From positions 11,542 to 75,541 of the IMG/VR virus record IMGVR_UViG_3300037459_000226: 64,000 nt of DNA; one strand, given 5' to 3'. This DNA is from a virus. The position numbers and the translations under genes are program-made. This document shows, one piece after another, positions 9,384 through 17,809 of the stretch. The notes below the pieces were generated by a model that searched no databases, was not told the DNA's origin, and saw only the letters and a program-made list of their open reading frames with translations. Positions within the stretch are counted from its first letter, which is position 1. Each line of letters starts with the position of its first letter.

Positions 9384-9956
9384 ATGAACCAGATTGAATC
9401 ACTCAGGCTACGGCTCGATACAACATCGAACGCCACCGCACTCGAAGAACTCGCCGAAGAACTTCTTGGCCTACTCGAAAGGTCAATCGCGGAAACCAAG
9501 GACGCAGAGGAGCGGATTGAACGCGCCCAGGCCACGCAGGACTCGGGTGCGGGACAACAAGAATCAACGAGAATCGGTTGCCCAAACAGTTCCCTGCGAC
9601 AGTCCGTGTGCGCGCTACGTGCCGGAGAACACATTGAAGCGAAGGCCCACGCGCGAGGCTTGCTGGAGTGGCTGAATGCGGGAGGCAGTGCTCCGGATAT
9701 GCCAAGTAGCGGGCAAGGGGATCTGATAGACGGCCTGCTCGCCAGTCTGATCTTCGGCATGTTCTGTCGGGGCGTGCTGGCCGACGATGTCAAGCCCGGT
9801 CGAACGTGGCAAGCCAGTGTTGACGTCTCGGAGTTTTATAACGACGTGCCGCAAGGCGTCGTGAAGCGGTTCCCAGTCAGGAGCCAGCACTTCCTGTCGA
9901 TTGCCGAAGCTGAATTGTTCGCGCTGCGACTGTCTAAGATCATTCCCGAAAGATAA
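9384..9956 (+). CDS. Hypothetical protein
   Basis: Start reassigned to MNQIESL after GGGAG. Confidence 0.6.
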   Translation: MNQIESLRLRLDTTSNATALEELAEELLGLLERSIAETKDAEERIERAQATQDSGAGQQESTRIGCPNSSLRQSVCALRAGEHIEAKAHARGLLEWLNAGGSAPDMPSSGQGDLIDGLLASLIFGMFCRGVLADDVKPGRTWQASVDVSEFYNDVPQGVVKRFPVRSQHFLSIAEAELFALRLSKIIPER

Positions 9957-10122
9957 CGCGACTGACATCCACGCGGCGGAGCGGCCAGGAACGCGACCGA
10001 GATTGCCATTATGGAGATCGCCCTCCCAGGTCAAGCCTACCGTCTCCGCCGTTTCGATTTACCATTTTATGCTTTTGGGCGAAAGGCATACTTTCTCGTT
10101 TCCCCCTGTTGGAGAGAACAAA

Positions 10123-10410
10123 ATGCTCACAATCTGGAAGTTTCCGTTGGTGCTGACTGATCACCAGGACGTGGAGATGCCGATCAGTGCTCGATTCCTG
10201 CACGTCGCCCTGCAAGAAGCCACGCTCTGTCTGTGGGCGGAGGTTGACCCAAATGCCACGAAAGAACTTCGCACGATCCGAGTCATCGGCACGGGCCATC
10301 CTCTTGAGGACACACCGCGGAAGTTCATCGGCACTGTGGTGATGGGGCCGTTCATGTGGCACGTGTACGACGTCACGTCAGAATCACCCGCGGCATCGGA
10401 ACCCGGCTGA
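10123..10410 (+). CDS. Conserved-type phage hypothetical protein (TIWKFPL...WAEVDP...GTGH...IGTV...WHVY)
   Basis: Motif pattern common in phages; GGAGAG SD. Confidence 0.7.
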   Translation: MLTIWKFPLVLTDHQDVEMPISARFLHVALQEATLCLWAEVDPNATKELRTIRVIGTGHPLEDTPRKFIGTVVMGPFMWHVYDVTSESPAASEPG

Positions 10411-10447
10411 GAGCCGCTACTGGATGCTTTCACTTCAAACAGGGAGA

Positions 10448-10687
10448 ATGATCATGGCGCGAAAAGAGTACGAACTGACTGACGAGCAGTTGGAATCCAT
10501 ACTGAACCTGAACGCCTCTAAGCCGGTGCCGTATATGGTGTTCGGAGGTCGCGAGCCTCGGTCGCCCCAGGAAAATGCGAACGCCAGACGGGCTGCGCTC
10601 GGAACTGAAATGGGCTTCGACTTTCTTACCGTCCAGCCAGTGCAAGGCAAAGGCCAGAAGTTCTTCACGGCAGAGGAGTCCGGCTGA
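10448..10687 (+). CDS. Hypothetical phage protein
   Basis: ASKPVPYMVFGG..PRSPQENAN pattern; GGGAG SD. Confidence 0.65.
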   Translation: MIMARKEYELTDEQLESILNLNASKPVPYMVFGGREPRSPQENANARRAALGTEMGFDFLTVQPVQGKGQKFFTAEESG

Positions 10688-10782
10688 GAGCCGCCAGCCC
10701 GCGCGGTCCGTCAACCTGTCCCCAACCGGCGGGCGGACCGTGCCGCTGGATGCTTTTACAATTTACTAATCGGAGGTGCGAG

Positions 10783-11121
10783 ATGATTCCACGAGTCGCG
10801 GCAATCGACACTCAGTTGGCGGATGTCGACGGCAGGCTGTCGTCGTTGGAGGATCTACAGCGATCACTCACGAGTGAGCGACGCAAGCTGCTTTCGCAGC
10901 AGTTCGTCGAGGTGACCAACGTCACTCTGGCCGACGTCGAGCTGTCCACAGGCGAAGACCGGCCATACTTCACCACGTTCGGAGAATTCGGAAAGTGGCT
11001 TAAGAAAAACAACATCCAAAGGCGGTACGCCGAGTGGAACACCCTGCTCTATTACACGTCGGATGCGATGGCGGGACGGATGGGTGAATCGCTTGCGGAG
11101 CTGGAAGACGTCCCCGCTTAA
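10783..11121 (+). CDS. Hypothetical protein, paralog of 11540-11875
   Basis: Shares VT..VE, WN..Y.T.D..AGRM and LE.VP motifs; GGAGG SD. Confidence 0.7.
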   Translation: MIPRVAAIDTQLADVDGRLSSLEDLQRSLTSERRKLLSQQFVEVTNVTLADVELSTGEDRPYFTTFGEFGKWLKKNNIQRRYAEWNTLLYYTSDAMAGRMGESLAELEDVPA

Positions 11122-11171
11122 ACTTCAGCGATGCCGCTGGATGCTTTTACTCGAACGATGGGAGAAAGACG

Positions 11172-11543
11172 ATGATGACCGCAGAAGAGAAGCAGTGTGC
11201 GTTCAAGGCAGCGTTCGGGAGGCTCGACGAGGAACATCTGGGCAACCTGCTGTTTCACGCCGAGCAGAAGACGCCGGTCTGCTGTGGAAAAGATGCGTGG
11301 CTCTACGCTGACGGTTCAGGCGGGATGTGACCGGCCGCGATGTCGTGCACCCGTGAGGTGTACATGGATCGCACAGTCGGCGGTCTTCGCACGTGCCCTG
11401 AGTGGGAAAGTGCATTTTCCACGCTGATGGGTGCAGCCGGCCACAGCACAATCGCCTACTACGTCGCGTTGAAACAGTCCAACGCCGATGAGGTTCGGCA
11501 AGCCGTGCTGTCAGTCTGCGATCCAGGTGGAGAAACCAAATGA
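11172..11543 (+). CDS. Candidate UGA-readthrough (selenocysteine?) protein 1
   Basis: 52 codons, in-frame TGA at 11328-11330 (context YADGSGGM-*-PAAM), then 70 more in-frame codons; GGGAG SD at the 5' start; hairpin at 11337-11372. Confidence 0.5.
11337..11372 (+). promoter_or_regulatory. SECIS-like stem-loop 1
   Basis: GCGAT-GTC-GTGCACC[CGTGA]GGTGTAC-ATGG-ATCGC; the loop starts 21 nt after the UGA and contains GU at positions 2-3. Confidence 0.45.
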
Positions 11544-11875
11544 GAACACGGCAGTCAATCCAGATTGAGATCACCCACCTGAACATGGAAATCTCACCGC
11601 TCATTCGCAAGAGGAGCGTGCTGAAGCGAGAGTTGAATGAGGTCGAGTCTCGCAACTGGATCGCGGCGAACGGCGTGACGATTGATCAGGTGGAACCCGA
11701 ACCCCCGTTTGGAACATGCGGAACCATCTTCGATGCACCGGCGAGGACGGGAAAGCGGTTCTTGACATGGAACGGTCGTGTGTACTTCACGGCGGACATT
11801 GCTGCCGGCAGGATGCCGAGAGAAAACGGTCTGCTGGAGCACGTCCCACAAACAACGGGAGCACGAGATGCCTAG
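11540..11875 (+). CDS. Hypothetical protein, paralog of 10783-11121
   Basis: ATGA coupling; shared motifs with its paralog. Confidence 0.7.
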   Translation: MRTRQSIQIEITHLNMEISPLIRKRSVLKRELNEVESRNWIAANGVTIDQVEPEPPFGTCGTIFDAPARTGKRFLTWNGRVYFTADIAAGRMPRENGLLEHVPQTTGARDA

Positions 11876-12158
11876 CCCGATTTGCATACCGTGCCGATGT
11901 GAGATGCGGTGCGAGAAGAACGACCAGTTTGTCAACGACGTGAAGTCCGATGTATTCCCGTCAACGTTCTGGTCGTCTGATCTGTGGCGTTGCCCGGTCT
12001 GCGGCAACATTATCGCGACTGGTTTCGGGAGGGGTCAGATTGCGAAACGCGTCACGCCAGGCGAGTCGCTCACGTTCGCCCACGACCCATCCCAACTTAC
12101 CACGTTCGCCGATCAGTTTGAGGAACCAAGCGATGCCAAAGAAGAAAAAACCGAATAA
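11868..12158 (+). CDS. Zn-ribbon hypothetical protein
   Basis: CIPC...DLWRCPVCG. Confidence 0.65.
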   Translation: MPSPICIPCRCEMRCEKNDQFVNDVKSDVFPSTFWSSDLWRCPVCGNIIATGFGRGQIAKRVTPGESLTFAHDPSQLTTFADQFEEPSDAKEEKTE

Positions 12159-12843
12159 GGTCGTAACCGAACAGCAGCGGGAACAACTCATCGCTGATCG
12201 GGTCGCCTGCATCCGCGCGCTGCTCGGGACCGGGGGGACCGTCGCCCGCATCTGCCGCTGTCTCGGCACGTCGCCGGCAGCGTATCACCGGTTCGTGACA
12301 CAGCACGCGCCGGACTGGGAGACGTGGAAGGGTGAAGCGACGGCGACGATGCTAAGGCCCTCTCAATGGCGTGATCTGGAAGCCGGTGACGACCCTCTCA
12401 ATCCACCCTCGACTGAGCCGACGACGCTGGCCGAGACCACGATTCCCTCGGTCAACCGGCAACGCGAAGAGGAGTTTGAAGTAGTCGGTTGCCTGGATTG
12501 TCACAACTTTATCGGATACGCCGATGTGACAGGCGGGGAACGAGTTCCGACGTTCTACTGTTCCTCGTGCGGGGCCAAGCGGATCGAAAGCGGGGATGCC
12601 GTGTTAGCGCCGGACCACTCGCCGATGCCGCCAGCCGATGGGGGCGAGCCGGTTGTCTACATCGATACCATCATTCCCGGAGTCGCTGTAGGGGAGCCGT
12701 ACGTGGACGGCACGGTTCAGAATCCCCTCCACACCTTCGAAGACGCAAAGAAGCTCGCGGAGGATGTCGCAAAGCAACAGGCTGGCACATTCCCGCCCGT
12801 CGATCCGCCCGAAACAGACGACCGTTCCTCAATCCCATACTGA
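12133..12843 (+). CDS. Hypothetical protein with HTH-like N-terminus and Zn-ribbon
   Basis: GGTVARICRCLGTSPAAYHR (HTH-like), CLDC...CSSC. Confidence 0.6.
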   Translation: MPKKKKPNKVVTEQQREQLIADRVACIRALLGTGGTVARICRCLGTSPAAYHRFVTQHAPDWETWKGEATATMLRPSQWRDLEAGDDPLNPPSTEPTTLAETTIPSVNRQREEEFEVVGCLDCHNFIGYADVTGGERVPTFYCSSCGAKRIESGDAVLAPDHSPMPPADGGEPVVYIDTIIPGVAVGEPYVDGTVQNPLHTFEDAKKLAEDVAKQQAGTFPPVDPPETDDRSSIPY

Positions 12844-12857
12844 CGGAGACTGACCGA

Positions 12858-13277
12858 ATGAATAATCGGCAACGATACGCACTCAGGAAACCGTGTTCGC
12901 GAGCACCTGACGTACTACGCGACCGCCGTTATTTTGCATGGCGGGGAAGCTGGTCAACGATTCTGAGTGTTAATAAATGACTCAGCTTCTGTAGTGGTAT
13001 GCCCGTGTGGCACGCCTCAGTCGCTCTCCAATCCCGAAATGGTCCAAGACCAGTCGAAGCACTCAAACGCCAGCAAATTCACAAGGGGATCAAAATAGCC
13101 AGCGCCTTGCTGGTAGGTGTCGGCGGAGATCGAATTGTTTTCACCACGGATCCACCTAGAGACGCAATCCACGTTCAAAAGCCGCTGACAGTGGAAGAAA
13201 TTGAGGGTTTACCCGATGGATGGATGCAGATCGCAGCCATAGACGAACGTGGGACGTACAGAATTTTAAGGGTGTGA
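12858..13277 (+). CDS. Candidate UGA-readthrough (selenocysteine?) protein 2
   Basis: 40 codons, in-frame TGA at 12978-12980 (context ILSVNK-*-LSFCSGMPVWHASV), then 98 more in-frame codons; GGAG SD only at the 5' start; hairpin at 12996-13016. Confidence 0.5.
12988..13020 (+). promoter_or_regulatory. SECIS-like stem-loop 2
   Basis: GGTATGCC[CGTGT]GGCACGCC, extendable by CTG/CAG; the loop starts 23 nt after the UGA and has the same CGTG core as hairpin 1. Confidence 0.4.
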
Positions 13278-13795
13278 TGAGTCGGGAGCCTGAAGCCTCC
13301 GAAGCGGGACAAACTATGACCGATACGATCCACAAACCCTGCGACAACTGCCCGTGGAGAGTCTGTAACCACGGCAAGCGGACCAAATGGGGATTCTACA
13401 CCAAGTCCAACCTCAAGCGTCTCTGGGGACAAATCCGGAGAGCTGCTCGCGGAGGGATTGCCCAAAGCTGCCACCCCACCGACCCCAGTCATCCAGACCA
13501 CAGGGAAGCCGGAGCTAAAACGGGCAGCACACCCGTAGAATGTGCCGGGAGCGTCATCCTCGTCTACAGGGAACTCCAAAAGCTCAAAGACGCCGCCCCT
13601 GGCGACATCGTCGATGGAACCCACATAGACGCCTACCTCGCCCAGAACAAACAGCACGGACTCACCAAAAAGGGACTCCTGCACTGGCTCATAGGTCGCC
13701 ACCAAATGGGCGGAACATTCTTCGGGACAGGCCCCAAGCTCCCAAACGTGGACATCGACGAACCCGGCGTCGGAAGAATATGTGACGCACCGTGA
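13277..13795 (+). CDS. Cys/His-containing hypothetical protein (PC..CPWR, SCH, CAG; DUF6283-like)
   Basis: KPCDNCPWR...SCHPT...ECAGS motifs; alternative start at 13316. Confidence 0.6.
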   Translation: MSREPEASEAGQTMTDTIHKPCDNCPWRVCNHGKRTKWGFYTKSNLKRLWGQIRRAARGGIAQSCHPTDPSHPDHREAGAKTGSTPVECAGSVILVYRELQKLKDAAPGDIVDGTHIDAYLAQNKQHGLTKKGLLHWLIGRHQMGGTFFGTGPKLPNVDIDEPGVGRICDAP

Positions 13796-13796
13796 C

Positions 13797-14042
13797 TCAG
13801 ACCGCGTCGGGCGCCCGCTTGCGACGTGAGTCCGCCACTGCGGGCGCTCGGGCGCGCAGGCTGTCGGCAACCGCAGGCGCTCGTGCCCGAAGAGAGTCCG
13901 CCACTGCCGGGGCGCGAAGAGGACGGTAGGGCACGGGAGGGGCCTCAGTCGCCTCGGTCTGGAGGCCGAACGTCAGGAACTCCGGAATCGCCCCAGGAGT
14001 CCCGATTCCCAAGGTGATGACTTGGTTGATGTCGGCCATCAC
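13797..14042 (-). CDS. Small protein with RARAPAVADS tandem repeats
   Basis: Coupled to the large fibre-like gene; about three 33-bp repeat units at 13828-13920. Confidence 0.65.
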   Translation of the reverse strand: MMADINQVITLGIGTPGAIPEFLTFGLQTEATEAPPVPYRPLRAPAVADSLRARAPAVADSLRARAPAVADSRRKRAPDAV

Positions 14043-17000
14043 GAAGCCCTTGTGATGGACGTCGGGGTCACGGCGTCATCCAGGGTGAACGTCATCAGGC
14101 TGGTCGAGCCGTCAACTTTCTTCACCGTTACGGTCGTGCTGCTGACGGCCCGTTCGAACAGGAACTGGGTGATCATGTACATCGCCTGTCGCATAGTCGG
14201 GATTGATCCGTCGGCGACCACAGAGTCCGCCATCGTGGTGTCCAGCGCTCCGTCCACCTCGACGTTGATCTCAGCCTTCATTCCTGTGCTCATCCCGCCG
14301 AGATCGCTCAAACCGGCGCCATTGGCGCCGATGCGTGGGAAGCTGTCACCTGTCTGGGCCGTGTGACCGGTGAGTGTCGTGACCGTCGCGACCAACGTGA
14401 CGTTCGCGACCGCGTCCGCCGCCGGATCAAAGTAATTTGCCGACACGATCGTGCGAGCATTGAACTCCGCAACTGTCGGGATGTCAGCAATCGCAGCCGT
14501 GTGATCGGCCGTCTGGGCAGTGTGGCCGGTCAGTGTCGTGACCGTCGCGACCAGCGCCACCGTGTCGGCTGCCGGATCGAAGTAAGCCGTCGCCAGTATC
14601 GTGCGGGCCACCATTTCGGCATTCGTTGGCCCATCGTAATCGCTGAGAGCCGTATCGGCTTCGGCATTCACCTCCGCCTTCATGCCGGTGCTCATACCGC
14701 CAAGATCGCTCAGGCCAGCGCCGGCAGTGCCGATTTCGGCCGTGTCTGTGAGGGTCGAACTGACGTCGTTCTCGATGTCCGACTTGTTCTCGGTGACGTT
14801 CCCGCCGGCGTCCGTGTACTGGAACTCGCCGTCGTGGTCGATCGTGCCGCCCGTGCAGGTCGCAGTCGTGATCTGGCCGCGGCCCGTGATGAACGACACG
14901 TCTCCGGTGGCCATGTTGGTCGGGGCGATTTTACCGTCAAAGCTCAGTAGATTAACGGTCGTCGCGCCGAGTGCTCCGAAGTTCAGCGTGATAGAGCCAG
15001 CCACTTCAGTGAAGCATTGATGGAACGTAAAGTTCCCGGCCTGCCCCACGGTGAACGTGCCTTCCAGGCCACACCGTTCAAAGTGGCCGTCATTATCCAG
15101 CGTTACGGCCCCCAGGGCGCACTCCTCAAACTCATACTTGCCGGTGGCAGTCGCGATGCCACTGACGTCCGCACCGGAGATGAACGCCCCTGTGATATCT
15201 TGGCCGCCCAGTGCCAACGTCCAGTTGTTCCCGAAATACGATTCGTCGACGGTGGAAGCGACCAGCGTGATCGAGGACCCATTGACGATGTGGAAGTCGC
15301 TCAGGCCCAATGATGCGGCAAGCGTCTTCGCATCAGCGAGGGAATCTACCGGGTGATCGGCCACGCCGTTTTCGTGGTCTTGCGTCCCCGCCACACCGTT
15401 GACCGTGTCGATGTAGACGCGTCCGTTTTGGTAGCCCGCCGATACGGTGATGTCGAGGTTTATCGTCTGGCCTGTTCCACTGTCGGTCAGTTCCCACGCA
15501 CCACGCCGATTGACCGTACCGCCGATGCAGTTCGAGCTCGTGACTAGCCTCCCATTGCCATCCAGGTGCAGGATGTCCGTCCCGCTTTGCCCCATATTCT
15601 GGAGCTCGACGCCTCCCGCGTAGTGGTGTAGGTGCAGGGTCGTGTTCAGCACCGCTCCGCCAAAGTCAAAGATGGCCGGAGAAACTGCGTGGTGGTAGCA
15701 CTGATCAGCGTGAAGTGTTCCAGCCGGCAGGGTGACTGTTCCGTTAATCCCGCAAAAGAGCATGTGGCAGTCGTCGCCCACCGTGACGGCACCGATTTCG
15801 CAACCGAGGAAAGTCGTCCCAGATCCCGTGCAGATACCCGAGACGGCAGCACCCGACACAAGCGTCGCAGCCATGCTCACGCCGCCGAGCGCCAGCGTCC
15901 AATTGTCACCAAAGTATGAATGATTGTCAGAATTCGCCGTCAGGGTGATGCTTGACCCGTTGACCAGTTGAAAGTCTGTCACGCCAAGCGAGGCGGACAG
16001 CGTCAGTGCATCGGCAAGAGTCAGGACGGCGTTGTCCCCCGTACCGTTCACGTGCGGCTCGGTCCCTGCCGTTCCGTTGACCGTGTCGATCCAGATGCGG
16101 CCCAACGCATAGCCGATCGTCTGCCCGATATTCACGGCCTCCACATTCAGGAGTTTGACAGACAGGTCAGAGGGGGTGGTGGATGCGGTGGCGAATCGAA
16201 GGTAGACGTTGCCGAGTTCCGACCCCGTGCCCGTGTGCTTTTGGAACAGGGCGGGCGTACCCGAGATGGTCGCAGTGCCGCCGGTGCCTTCGAGGACCGC
16301 AACGGTCTCCCAATCAGCACCAACGTGGTCCCACGCCTGGAGGACCATCTCGTCGTTGTTGCCGTCGATGTTGACCTTGAAGACGCAGTTGACCGCTTGC
16401 CTCGCACCACCGACGACAAACCCGTAGACGTGGTCGATGACGTCCGTGGTGTCCGTGAAGTCATGGGACGACCCTGCGTCGTTCTCGACGTCAGCGAATG
16501 TACCGGAAACGGTCGCCCACACTTTTGTCGTGCTGCCGGGGTCGATCGCCCCGCTCGTGTTGTCACTCGACGGCGCGAACGAGAGGGCACCACCAGACGC
16601 TGCACCGATGTTGTCCACCTGTTGGCTCACGGCTGCAATGTCGGCGCTCACAGAAGCTGCCGCCGGAGCGCCCAATCTCGCGAAGTTGTCGCCTGTCTGG
16701 ACGGTATGGCCGGTAAGGGTCGTGACAGTGTCGCAAAGTTGAATGTCGGTCCCGCTGAGATCGTTCGCCGTCGCCTTATTCTCAATGTTGCCCCAGTCGA
16801 TCCCGGCGGCCCCAGTTGCGGTGACGTCCAGCTTGCGGCCGGCAGTGGTCGACTGGAGTGGTCCGGCAGCGGAGGCCCCGAACATCGCGTCGTAGACGGC
16901 TTCCTCGACGACCTGATACTCGTGCCGCACCGGCAGGCTGACAGCGCTCCCCACAACCGTCAGGACGAGAGTCCCTACCGTGCCGGTGTCGGTCGCGTCC

Positions 17001-17191
17001 AACTCGCAGTTGTAGTAGCCGTCCGCATCGCTGACCGGCACCGTGACATCACTCTTGGCCCCGAGCGCCTGCCCGTTCTTCGACAGCTTGACCGCAGGAC
17101 TGACGCCCGTTTCGGCAGTCCACCCGTCGTCGCTATCGACGAACGGTCCAATGAGCACGTCATCGGCTGTAGATTGCCGCAGGTAGTGCAT
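14039..17191 (-). CDS. Large fibre/receptor-binding-like structural protein with internal duplications
   Basis: 1050 aa, rich in T/G/A/D; Ig-like N-terminus; duplicated GY..GR..IDTVNG.AGT...GDNWTLALGG domain; repeated YFDPAAD.VA...TVTTLTGHTAQT units. Confidence 0.65.
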   Translation of the reverse strand: MHYLRQSTADDVLIGPFVDSDDGWTAETGVSPAVKLSKNGQALGAKSDVTVPVSDADGYYNCELDATDTGTVGTLVLTVVGSAVSLPVRHEYQVVEEAVYDAMFGASAAGPLQSTTAGRKLDVTATGAAGIDWGNIENKATANDLSGTDIQLCDTVTTLTGHTVQTGDNFARLGAPAAASVSADIAAVSQQVDNIGAASGGALSFAPSSDNTSGAIDPGSTTKVWATVSGTFADVENDAGSSHDFTDTTDVIDHVYGFVVGGARQAVNCVFKVNIDGNNDEMVLQAWDHVGADWETVAVLEGTGGTATISGTPALFQKHTGTGSELGNVYLRFATASTTPSDLSVKLLNVEAVNIGQTIGYALGRIWIDTVNGTAGTEPHVNGTGDNAVLTLADALTLSASLGVTDFQLVNGSSITLTANSDNHSYFGDNWTLALGGVSMAATLVSGAAVSGICTGSGTTFLGCEIGAVTVGDDCHMLFCGINGTVTLPAGTLHADQCYHHAVSPAIFDFGGAVLNTTLHLHHYAGGVELQNMGQSGTDILHLDGNGRLVTSSNCIGGTVNRRGAWELTDSGTGQTINLDITVSAGYQNGRVYIDTVNGVAGTQDHENGVADHPVDSLADAKTLAASLGLSDFHIVNGSSITLVASTVDESYFGNNWTLALGGQDITGAFISGADVSGIATATGKYEFEECALGAVTLDNDGHFERCGLEGTFTVGQAGNFTFHQCFTEVAGSITLNFGALGATTVNLLSFDGKIAPTNMATGDVSFITGRGQITTATCTGGTIDHDGEFQYTDAGGNVTENKSDIENDVSSTLTDTAEIGTAGAGLSDLGGMSTGMKAEVNAEADTALSDYDGPTNAEMVARTILATAYFDPAADTVALVATVTTLTGHTAQTADHTAAIADIPTVAEFNARTIVSANYFDPAADAVANVTLVATVTTLTGHTAQTGDSFPRIGANGAGLSDLGGMSTGMKAEINVEVDGALDTTMADSVVADGSIPTMRQAMYMITQFLFERAVSSTTVTVKKVDGSTSLMTFTLDDAVTPTSITRAS

Positions 17192-17194
17192 CTG

Positions 17195-17806
17195 TCATCC
17201 CGCCATGTTATGAAATCTGTGATGGTAACTCAGCGGCGGAACTCCTCCAGCGTCGGCGACTAAAATATTGAAGTTGTCGAAGAAACCGGCAACTGTCTCC
17301 GAAATGACAAATACACGCATGCCGTGAATTGTCTTGGTGTTAAACAACGAGGACGTAAAACTTAACGATGCTCCGGTGACGGTTTCTGAACTAACAATTG
17401 AGTCGCCATTTACCGTAGAAGTGAAAGCTACGGTGTCGCCTGGTGCCCACGACTGACTGGCGTCTGTGTCGCGGGTTGTGACTCCGGTGTCAATTTCCTG
17501 CAATATCATAAGGTCGGACGTGGTGTTCATGGTGGCCTGCCAGAAGTGGGACGAATCCTGCCAGCGAAGCACGTGTCCCATTCCCGCCTCTGTACCACTG
17601 TGAAGTGTGCCGTCGTTTGTTACAACCGCGTCGGCAAGGCCAGAGTCGATAAAGCAGCGCCCATCACCTTCACATACATCAGTCGATGCAATAACCGTGA
17701 ACGAGCCAGACTGCACCGTCCAGCCGCCGCCAACGGTATCGACGTCGGGCGTGTGTGACGCGAGCGCCGTATCTGACGCCTCTGTGAACGTGTCGGTGAC
17801 GGACAT
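17195..17806 (-). CDS. Beta-rich lectin-like structural protein
   Basis: DTFTEASDTALASHTPD...GGGW...FDNF pattern, rich in S/T/D. Confidence 0.55.
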   Translation of the reverse strand: MSVTDTFTEASDTALASHTPDVDTVGGGWTVQSGSFTVIASTDVCEGDGRCFIDSGLADAVVTNDGTLHSGTEAGMGHVLRWQDSSHFWQATMNTTSDLMILQEIDTGVTTRDTDASQSWAPGDTVAFTSTVNGDSIVSSETVTGASLSFTSSLFNTKTIHGMRVFVISETVAGFFDNFNILVADAGGVPPLSYHHRFHNMAG

Positions 17807-17809
17807 GAT

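Larger units (their letters stand above)
10403..11150 (+). repeat. Repeated intergenic motifs CCGGCTGAGAGCCGC (x2) and TGCCGCTGGATGCTTTTAC (x2 plus one partial copy)
   Basis: 15-mer at 10403-10417 and 10680-10694; 19-mer at 10741-10759 and 11132-11150; CTGGATGCTTT at 10420-10430. Confidence 0.85.

Noticed and set aside
13828-14730. Tandem repeats considered as a CRISPR array or DGR template/variable repeats
   Set aside because: The repeats are in-frame coding repeats with synonymous divergence, with no unique spacers, no adenine-specific variation, and no reverse transcriptase or cas gene.
15968-17263. Long opposite-strand ORFs (e.g. 15968-17263 +, 27914-28822 +, 44717-45592 +, 61787-62632 +)
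   Set aside because: They are shadows of well-supported genes in high-GC DNA and have no recognisable motifs.
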